A stretch of DNA of 64,000 nucleotides from the human T2T-CHM13v2.0 reference genome, Homo sapiens: the NCBI RefSeq assembly GCF_009914755.1, contig NC_060931.1, one strand, 5' to 3'. The notes under the pieces were generated by a model. The model worked only from the letters and a program-made list of their open reading frames with translations. It was not told where the DNA came from and did not search any database. This document shows positions 50,665-64,000 of this stretch, one piece after another; positions within the stretch are counted from its first letter, which is position 1, and each line of letters begins with the position of its first letter. Both the position numbers and the translations under genes were made by a program.

Positions 50665-52954
50665 TAATGCATTATTTTTATGTGGAGGAAAAGAGTGCAC
50701 AAAGCTACTTTTTAAATTTAAGAACTATTTATCCTTCTATATATTTTTCTAAAATCATCAAAGCTGTCTATAATAGAACTATTGTATTGCCTTTGCTTGG
50801 TGTAATTTGACCATAATTAGCAATTTCTTTTTCATTCCAGAGGAAGAAAAAAGTATATAAAGAGCATACAGAACTTCAATATCTTGGCATAGTGATAGAG
50901 ATGGAATTCAAATGTTGAGAATAAACTGTTTTCTGCTAACTGTCCCATAACTGTGAGAAAATGCGACATATATGCAACACAAACAAATGACAACAACAAC
51001 AAATCTAGCAATGATTTGGAATCCTAAGGAAGCAATTTAAATACATGTAAAGACAAAATTTTAAATACATAATATATTGTTTCTTCAAAACTCACAGCAT
51101 TTAACATACTAACAAATGTGAAATATGTTTTTGCTATATCATTTTGAAGTAGTGAAAGGAAAGTAATACATTGAATAGAAAAAGTAGGATTTGATTTTTT
51201 TCTTACTATATTTTAAGATGACATACGTATTTTGGAATTATTGAAATTTTTCAGTTAAATAAATCTGACCAGTTATTCAATTTTGACAGTAATCCAAGAG
51301 GCTCAAGAAATTTGATATTATATGGGGTTTTTTTTAGCCCTGTGTGTGTCTTGATTTCTAAAAACCCATTTTAATATTTTACAGTATTATTTACAAATAA
51401 AATTTAAAAATTAAGCATTATGTTGAAGGTTGATACATTTAAATAAGTTACTTTTTTCCTACTAGCTTTCCATTACAAGTCAAAAGTCTTTGAACTTACG
51501 GTTTGGCTCCATAGCCTGAAGGTTGTGAATGTTTTTCCAGAAGGTTTTCAAAATTTTTTTAATGCCTGCCTTTTTTACTGGATTCAGTTCAAAATTTCTA
51601 ATGAGAAGCATACTTTAAATAGCCTTGATGCCACATTTTTAATATGTTATTTTACTTTATTGCTCTTCCCAACTGAGAACACTTATAATCAACATATTTT
51701 TAATAGTTTTATATTGGTAATATCTTGTTGATTCTTTGTTTCCTGTTATAATGGGCTTTCCAGGAGTAAACAAATTTGCAGATTTCCCAAATAAACACAT
51801 CCGTGTTGGGTAGTGCGGCATGAGGAAAGTTCTTGAAAGTATGTAATATAGTACAATATAAATGCCTTCTGCAACACCCCTTTGTTGCATAGAAAATGAG
51901 GAAGATTGCCGATGAGTTTATTTTAGGGAGAAAACTACCAGTTTGAAATAAAACACAAATATGTTATTATGTAAACCATATTTATTCTTAATCATGTTTG
52001 ATTTTGGAGTAGCCTTTGCATTTATATATGAGGAAATAGTGTCAGGAACTGACCTATTATGTGTCAAAGACAAAGGTTATCACGCACAAACTTAATAACT
52101 TTTTCTAACTCATATATTCACTTCAAATTGTTCTAATAAATTAAGCCTTCATAGAGTTTCATTAAGTGCACATGTTTAAGGTGGTTAACATAAACGATGC
52201 TATATTTAAATTTTAACAGCCTTGAGCATAACACAAATCCATGCTACTCCTATTTCCTTCATCCTTGCTTGGGAAGGATATTTGGTCACACTCACTCCTA
52301 CACAGAGAGCTCAGTTATTCACCCTGATCTCTGGTCTCTTCTGTCCATCTGCCATCTATTTATTAGTATTATTCCAGGTTCCTTCCTCTTCCTTCCTTCC
52401 TCCACACCCACTCAACCAACCACCCACTGAAATCCTGAGTTGTGCTCTTCAGTAGTTTTTCAAGATTAGAACTTCAGAAATACTTTGGCATGCTTTTTTC
52501 TCCTCAGAGACCACTTGCTCACCTTAGCTCTACAATCATTCCTCAGCCCCTACTTATCCCTGCAGAGGTTCAGACCTAGATTTGTTCCTCATTCTTCCAT
52601 TTCCCTTTCTATAACAAAACATTTCTTGGGAAGTGCAGCCAAGAATCCCAAAAAGCAAATTCAGTGAACCAGTGCAGTAAGAGGGCTTTTGCAGATGAGA
52701 CATTTTGTGAAACTATGGTAACAGAAAAGTGCATATGGTCAGCGCCTAGCTGATTGCATTTTCATTTGTAATGTGGAAGTACTGCCAACAAATTGAATTG
52801 AACTTACTATAATAGAACACATTACTTAGAATTCCACACTGTTGCAGGGTCCTTCTGAATGACCCTCAATAATTGTGCTGTGAAGTTTGATATTGTGTAC
52901 GTTTTTAGACTCTATCAAGCATATCATAATAACAATAATGGAAGGCAGTATATT

Positions 52955-53757
52955 AAAATGCAATACTGCTATAAACATGCATGTGCAAGTATCTTTTTCA
53001 TATAATGATTTCTTTTCCTCTGCGTAAAGAAGGAAAAGTAGATCCACTACTGTTTGATCTGGCAATTCCAGTGGGATTGCCGGATCAAATGGTGGATCTA
53101 CTTTTCCTTCTTTAAGGAATCTCCACACTGTTTTCCATAGTCATTGTACTAGTTTACCTTCCTACCAACGGTATAAAACTGTTCCCTTTTCACCGCAAAA
53201 ATATGGAACCAGCCCAAATGCCCATCAAGAAATGAGCAGATAAAGAAAATGTGGTATATATTTAGCATGGAATACTACTCAGCCATAAAAAGGAATGAAA
53301 TAATGGCATTTGCAGCAACCCAGATGGAATTGGAAACTATTATTCTAAGTGAATTAACTCAGGAATGGAAAACCAAACATCATATGTTCTCACTCATATG
53401 TGGGAGCTAAGCTAAGAGGACACAAAGGCATAAGAATGATACATTGGACTTTAGAGACTAGGGGGAGAGGGTGGGGGTGGCAAAGGATAAAAGATTACAC
53501 AATGGGTACAGGGTACAATGCTCGGGTGATAGGTGCACCACAGTCTCGGAAATCAAAACTGAAGAACTTATTCATGTAACCAAACACCACTTGTTGCCCA
53601 AAAACCTATTGCAATAAAAAATTAAACACAAACAAAAAAACCTTTTATCCCAACAGCCAAATGTTAGGACCTTGTTTGGGTTCTGACTAATAAATATCCC
53701 CATAAAAATTAAAATTTTCATTAAAAACCAAATGGTAAATAATAAAAATACAATGCT
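52955..53757 (+). mobile_element. L1PB-like element with inverted 5' segment (twin priming) and probable 3' transduction
   Basis: Antisense L1 at about 52964-53194 joined to sense GCAAAAATATGGAACCAGCCC...GGCATAAGAATGATAC...AAAACCTATTG and tail to about 53640; candidate TSD at 52955-52967 and 53745-53757. Confidence 0.82.
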
Positions 53758-55707
53758 ATAGCCACCACTTTCTAATCTTTTTTAAAATTAGAAGCGAAAA
53801 AAATGTACTTCCAATAATTTCATATCATTTTTAAAATATGGCTTCAGATTTTCTCCACTTAAATTGCAAAGTAAACCTTCATTATTAATTTTTATATCCG
53901 TAAAATATACTATTTTATTCCTGTATTTATCCATTCAATAAATGTTTACTGAATATGTACTATGTACCAAACACAGTTCAACATAAGTTAACAAAAAGTC
54001 CTCATTTGCAGCTTACCATGAGCCATACGATGGAACCAGTAGTAGCCAAAGTCAACTCCTAAGAAGGCTGAATACCAAGTCCATGGAGAATCCCAAGGCA
54101 AATTGAACAGCCTGTAGTTCTCCCAGATATAAATATAACTGGTCAGTTCAATGCTCCTGAAAAATAGACTGGAAGATAAAATTCACAATCAGTGATTATA
54201 TAACATTTTAGAAAAAAAATTACGCTAAAATGTTTTAGATAACATTTAAAATTAATATCTTCATATAAAAAAATGAAACTCTTTCTTCTACTTTGTGTCT
54301 TCTATGTCATTCCTTTTAAAGGCTCAAATTCCTTGGTATCAAAATCATTCACAGGAAGCTTTATTTTATTTCATAGGCATCATGGATGCCAGCTGTTTGT
54401 GCTCTCAATTTCATGAAATTTAAAAGGCCATTTTTTATGTCTCTTAAAATATTTTTCATGGAACCCATACAACATAAATAGGACAAGACTAAAACTTAAT
54501 TTCTGTGATTGTCATTTCTAAATCTTATTGAAGTACATATTAAGAATTCTTTATAAAGGGAATTTAAAAGGCAGAAAATTATACATGCCCATATTTTAAA
54601 GGGTGCTGCAAATTGCCTACTGCATTCAAATATTTTGATCCCATAAAATTTGCCTTTAGGTTAAAGTTGCTTCTGTCTAAATCTATTCTCTCTTCTCTTC
54701 TTCCTCCTTCCTTTTTATTTTCTCTTTCACACACACACATACACACACATATATATTATACTTATCATCAGGTATTAGATACTCAGAGCATTTCAACATT
54801 TCTTATAAGTAATATAAACTAGGGTTTTCATAATATTAGGAAAAATATTTCCTTCGAAGTAAGGTATACAAACCTAATTAAAATAAACAATTGTTTCTAA
54901 AACTCAGACACTAGAATATATCTTGCCATCTATTTATCAAGCTTCCACAAATTTTCAGTAACTTTTAAAAACCTATAAAATGTACTTCAATTTTAGAAAG
55001 TATATTATTCTTTCTTTCAAGTTTTATATGATCAAATTTAAGATTAGCTTCTAGATGTTTTGTTTTGTCACTTTTATCAATTTGATTGAGTTGACTTTTC
55101 CTTCTATATTTATTATTAAATATAAAATGAATTAATCATTCTAGTTAATAAAGATATATTTATAAGTCATCAACAAGTTTGGTGCTGAAAATTCTGAGAA
55201 ACTTCTTAAATATTCTAATTTTAGATAAAAGTGGAAGAAGTGGTGCAGATTATTATACTACCAAAATTTTTTATTTTTACAGTATTTCCCTTCACAGAGT
55301 CAGTTTCTGTGAATTAGCATTTTACTGGGTCTTTTAAAGATCCAGCCCTTTAATTTTATTCTTGAATTTAATTATTGTATGACTTTAACTGTGATTTAAT
55401 ATCTTTAAAATAACCTCTCATACTTTAATATTTCAAAGTATTATTATTTAATCTGTAAAATAAAACACTAGACTGTCTTATAACAGCATTAATATATGCA
55501 ACTCAGAGAAATGCCAAATGCTCACAATTTTGAACAGGAGTACACATCACCACACATTAAAAAACTCAATCTCCAATTTGAGATTACATGGTTGGAAGAA
55601 GCAGTTTTGTCCGTGAGTTCAAGTCCTTGACCCAAAGGACTCATCCTGTACCCATACCACATTGCCAATCTGAGCAATACTCTGAATACTCTAGAATACA
55701 TTGCTGC

Positions 55708-56098
55708 AGTGGCCCTGAGCCTGCTTGTGTGCCTTGCATGGGCCTGTTTGCTGAGCCATTCTTCCTGAGGGCAGACCTCTGCAGGTGTCCAAACCCCTCA
55801 ACCTGACAGAGTGGCCAAGGGTGGCTATTTTGGGGCATGTAGACAGAGCTGGGGCTAGAGGTCTGGGATGTCCACACACAGGTGTGTGAGGTCCCTCCTG
55901 GGGCAGGACAAGCCATGAGGCCAAGGGTTCCCAAAGTGTTGTGGAAACTCCAAGGAATCTATGAAATGAACACTTAAAACCTGCCTTCCAAATTTTTATG
56001 AAGGTATGCTAGTCAAAGTAGGCGGTGAGAACAAATTCTACTGTAAATCTTGTTAGCTTTGTTGGTTACTTTTGCATGTTCAGATGAGGGCTTCACAA
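55708..56098. mobile_element. hAT-Tip100-like relic (MER115/Zaphod-like; uncertain)
   Basis: AAACCTGCCTTCCA...TATGAAGGTATG...GTCAAAGTAGG...TTGTTAGCTT resembles a recalled hAT-Tip100 consensus. Confidence 0.4.
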
Positions 56099-56299
56099 CA
56101 GTGCCACTGCTGACATTTGGACAGGATAATTCTTTGTTGGAAGAGGCTGTTTGGTGCAAACGTTTACTGAAACTATGAAATCTTAAAATTGCTCACTATT
56201 GTTCATTAGTAAGGGTTACCCATATAAAATTCAAGTTTTAGGTTAAAAATGGCAAATAACATTAATTTCATATACTTCAATATAACAATTTCTCTAAAA

Positions 56300-56518
56300 T
56301 AGGAATTCTTAACCTTAACACTATTACAATTTGGGCCAAGTAATTTTTTGTTTCAAGAGCCTTTCCTGTGCATCATAGAATGTATTCCAGCATTGCTGTT
56401 CTTTAGCACCTAGATTTAGGACCCTTCCTTCTCACCTCAGCTATGACTACAAAAATGTCTCCAGATACTTCCAAGTGTTTCCTGGGGAGCAAAATTTTCC
56501 CCAGTTGATAACCTCTGC
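56300..56518. mobile_element. MER20 (hAT-Charlie); a second partial copy lies at about 56092-56158
   Basis: TTCTTAACCTTAACACTATT...CCTGTGCATCATAGAATG...AAAAATGTCTCCAGA...GGGGAGCAAAATT...CAGTTGATAACCTCTG. Confidence 0.8.
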
Positions 56519-56553
56519 CTTGAAACAACTGATCTGGAAGAAAGATTAAAACA

Positions 56554-57453
56554 GGGAGCCAAGATGGCCAAATAGGAACAGCTCCGGTCTACAGCTCCCA
56601 GCATGAGCGACGCAGAAGACGGGTGATTTCTGCATTTCCATCTGAGGTACCGGGTTCATCTCACTAGGGAGTGCCAGACAGTGGGCGCAGGTCAGTGGGT
56701 GCGCGCACCGTGCGCGAGCCGAAGCAGGGCAAGGCATTGCCTCACTCGGGAAGCGCAAGGGGTCAGGGAGTTCCCTTTCCGAGTCAAAGAAAGGGGTGAC
56801 AGACGCACCTGGAAAATCGGGTCACTCCCACACGAATATTGCGCTTTTCGGACCGGCTTAAAAAACGGCGCACCACGAGATTATATCCGCACCTGGCTCG
56901 GAGGGTCCTACGCCCACGGAGTCTCGCTGATTGCTAGCACAGCAGTCTGAGATCAAACTGCAAGGCGGCAGCGAGGCTGGGGGAGGGGCGCCCGCCATTG
57001 CCCAGGCTTGATTAGGTAAACAAAGCAGCCGGGAAGCTCCAACTGGGTGGAACCCACCACAGCTCAAGGAGGCCTGCCTGCCTCTGTAGGCTCCACCTCT
57101 GGGGGCAGGGCACAGACAAACAAAAAGACAGCAGTAACCTCTGCAGACTTAAATGTCCCTGTCTGATAGCTTTGAAGAGAGCAGTGGTTCTCCCAGCACG
57201 CAGCTGGAGATCTGAGAACAGGCAGACTGCCTCCTCAAGTGGGTCCCTGACCCCTGACACCGGAGCAGCCTAACTAGGAGGCACCCCCCAGCAGGGGCAC
57301 ACTGACACCTCACACGGCAGGGTATTCCAACAGACCTGCAGCTGACGGTCATGTCTGTTAGAAGGAAAACTAACAAACAGAAAGGACATCCACATCAAAA
57401 ACCCATCTGTACATCACCGTCATCAAAGACCAAAAGTAGATAAAACTACAAAG
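56554..57453 (+). promoter_or_regulatory. L1 5' UTR bidirectional promoter (sense promoter with YY1 site; antisense promoter)
   Basis: YY1 motif CAAGATGGCC at 56560-56569; many retained CpGs; antisense donors CAG|GTGCGG (56893/56892) and CAG|GTGCGT (56809/56808). Confidence 0.8.
56858..56998 (-). pseudogene. ORF0: L1 ORF0, frameshifted and truncated
   Basis: MAGAPPPASLPPCSLISDCCASNQRDSVGVGPSEPGA matches ORF0p, then diverges (DIISWCAVF*) after a 1-bp loss in GGGAT. Confidence 0.8.
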
Positions 57454-58470
57454 ATGGGGAAAAAACAGAACAGAAAAACTGGAAACTCTAAAACGCAGAG
57501 CACCTCTCCTCCTCCAAAGGAACGCAGCTCCTCACCAGCAACGGAACAAAGCTGGATGGAGAATGACTTTGACGAGCTGAGAGAAGAAGGCTTCAGACGA
57601 TCAAATTACTCTGAGCTATGGGAGGACATTCAAACCAAAGGCAAAGAAGTTGAAAACTTTGAAAAAAATTTAGAAGAATGTATAACTAGAATAACCAATA
57701 CAGAGAAGTGCTTAAAGGAGCTGATGGAGCTGAAAACCAAGGCTCGAGAACTACGTGAAGAATGCAGAAGGCTCAGCAGCCGATGTGATCAACTGGAAGA
57801 AAGGGTATCAGCGATGGAAGATGAAATGAATGAAATGAAGCGAGAAGGGAAGTTTAGAGAAAAAATAATAAAAAGAAATGAGCAAAGCCTCCAAGAAATA
57901 TGGGACTATGTGAAAAGACCAAATCTACGTCTGATTGGTGTGCCTGAAGGTGATGGGGAGAATGGAACAAAGTTGGAAAACACTCTGCAGGATATTATCC
58001 AGGAGAACTTCCCCAATCTAGCAAGGCAGGCCAACGTTCAGTTTCAGGAAATACAGAGAACGCCACAAAGATACTCCTCGAGAAGGGCAACTCCAAGACA
58101 CATAATTGTGAGATTCACCAAAGTTGAAATGAAGGAAAAAATGTTAAGGGCAGCCAGAGAGAAAGGTCGGGTTACCCTCAAAGGGAAGCCCATCAGACTA
58201 ACAGCGGATCTCTCGGCAGAAACCCTACAAGCCAGAAGAGAGTGGGGGCCAATATTCAACATTGTTAAAGAAAAGAATTTTCAACCCAGAATTTCATATC
58301 CAGCCAAACTAAGCTTCATAAGCGAAGGAGAAATAAAATACTTTACAGACAAGCAAATGCTGAGAGATTTTGTCACCACCAGGCCTGCCCTAAAAGAGCT
58401 CCTGAAGGAAGCGCTAAACATGGAAAGGAACAACCGGTACCAGCCGCTGCAAAATCATGCCAAAATGTAA
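57454..58470 (+). CDS. ORF1: LINE-1 ORF1p (338 aa RNA-binding chaperone), open reading frame intact
   Basis: MGKKQNRKTGNSK...QNHAKM; REKG, ARR and YPAKLS motifs intact. Confidence 0.93.
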   Translation: MGKKQNRKTGNSKTQSTSPPPKERSSSPATEQSWMENDFDELREEGFRRSNYSELWEDIQTKGKEVENFEKNLEECITRITNTEKCLKELMELKTKARELREECRRLSSRCDQLEERVSAMEDEMNEMKREGKFREKIIKRNEQSLQEIWDYVKRPNLRLIGVPEGDGENGTKLENTLQDIIQENFPNLARQANVQFQEIQRTPQRYSSRRATPRHIIVRFTKVEMKEKMLRAAREKGRVTLKGKPIRLTADLSAETLQARREWGPIFNIVKEKNFQPRISYPAKLSFISEGEIKYFTDKQMLRDFVTTRPALKELLKEALNMERNNRYQPLQNHAKM

Positions 58471-58533
58471 AGACCATCGAGACTAGGAAGAAACTGCATC
58501 AACTAACGAGCAAAATCACCAGCTAACATCATA

Positions 58534-62361
<3,828 letters not shown>

Positions 62362-64000
62362 ACAATGAGATCACATGGACACAGGAAGGGGAATATCACA
62401 CTCTGGGGACTGTTGTGGGGTGGGCGGAGGGGGGAGGGATAGCATTGGGAGATATACCTAATGCTAGATGACGAGTTAGTGGGTGCAGCGCACCAGCATG
62501 GCACATGTATACATATGTAACTAACCTGCGCAATGTGCACATGTACCCTAAAACTTAAAGTATAATAAAAAAAATAAATAAATAAATAAAATAAAATAAA
62601 ATAGAAAAAAAAGAAAGATTAAAACAAAGTGTAGTAGAAAGTTGAAATCATCTCTAGCTGAATGGCTTAAGTATTAGCACATGGTATCAAAGCAGATTCA
62701 ACCATGGATTCAGGCAGTCATTCAATGAATTCATATGAAGAGCCTACTAAGTGCCAGGCACAGCACAAGACACAAGAACACACTATTAAACAGGGCAAAT
62801 GCCACCAGCCTTATAAATATTCCCTCAGTTTAATACCTTTTTTAAAAAAATATGCTATCTTTCTTGTCAACTCCAGTGAAAATGGAAATAGGCATTAAGA
62901 TACCAAGATCTCAATAACAGACTGAAGGTCCTAGAAAAACTTCCATTTGTAAAAAAATACATAAATAAATAAATAAATAATTTCAAAAACCTGCCTGAAA
63001 TTGAAATACTTTTCTATTTCCTGTACAGGTGCCAGGTCTTGAGCAGACACCCAATTTATTACTCCGTCAACTGACTTATTAGGGTTAACACAAATCGAGC
63101 TGAAATATGCCTAACATACTACAGTCAAGCCTTCCCCCCACCACATCCCACACACATTAGCATGAAGCCTAACTTCCCTCAAGACACAAAGAAAGAGGGG
63201 AGAAGCTGTGGGAGTTATATTCCCTGCTTTCTATTAGCAAAATTAATTTGATCCCCTTTTATTACATATGTGAAACAATAGCCATGGAGTGCCCACAACT
63301 AAAAGCAATTCACCTAACCAATACAGCTGGGAAATGATTATCAAGCTCTGGAAAGCCCTGGATTGCAGAAAATAGCACCTACATTTTCAAAAATGTTCTC
63401 AGAAGACCTTGAATCATAAACCAAAGTTCCTTCCTCTTTCTCTTCTCAATCCCCCTTACCCCTTCCACCCTGCAATCTCAGCACATGACTCTGCACCCTG
63501 GAATTTAAACTGTCTAAACTCCATCCTGTGGGAAGAGGCATATAAAATATGTACGTATATAGTAAGCTTACTTTATCACATGAAGATGGAATACTGGGTA
63601 GCACAGGGGCTTGGAATTCCCAAATACTAGATCCCTTTTATGCCTTAAGTTTGAATGTAAGACCAGGAAAGTGATCTAAATGTAAAGAGACATTAGAATC
63701 CTCTAATTAGCAACCTGCATATAGAGAGACTTTCCTCCTATTGTCCTATTTTCTTCATGAATTCCCCCAAACAGCAGTTTTCTCTTGGGTCTGAAGTATA
63801 TGTTTCAGTAAATGAAAAGTAGCTTACTTCTCTAACTAGTGAACTGATTTTCTGTGTGTTTTACCTAATATTTTTCTCTCATCACTAGAAATTTGTCAAT
63901 GTTCAGTTACTACAAAAAAAGCTGCTAAGTTACTAAATTGCTATTTAGTATTAATCCTCATTTTTTACAAAATAAAATTCAGTTTTAATGTTAAGATTGA

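Noticed and set aside
55588-55934. GC-richer patch with ORFs on both strands, possibly an exon or processed pseudogene
   Set aside because: No protein similarity recognised; better explained as a decayed hAT element

Overview
This is AT-rich, repeat-dominated primate genomic DNA (human or great ape, judged from an almost undecayed AluY and a full-length L1PA2). I recognise no cellular protein-coding gene, RNA gene or CRISPR array. Nearly all ORFs in the track come from L1, Alu, LTR, Tigger or low-complexity sequence. The main elements are: two full-length + strand LINE-1s (a decayed L1PA7-like copy at 25958-32435, and an L1PA2-like copy at 56554-62610 with an intact 338-aa ORF1 and broken ORF2); nine Alus; nested ERV1 solo LTRs (LTR28-like inside MER39-like); Tigger1, MER82-like, MER20 and MER5 DNA transposon relics; old L1M, L2 and MIR fragments; and a 2.8-kb compound AT-rich palindromic minisatellite (about 38085-40920). 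I found no convincing new biological system. The most interesting signal is a recurring footprint of locally templated or fold-back DNA synthesis. Examples are a 60-bp two-template chimera (3439-3498), a 195-bp dispersed duplication (10256/12001), hairpin-seeded AT inserts (19133-19537, 38085-38140), a 64-bp Alu-junction copy captured inside the minisatellite (40191-40254) and a 90-nt near-perfect hairpin inside a 5'-inverted L1PB that may carry a 3' transduction (52955-53757). There is also a well-formed minus-strand 57-nt candidate exon (25388-25444) downstream of the L1 antisense promoters. Subfamily names come from recalled consensus features, not a database search, and boundaries of old repeats are approximate.
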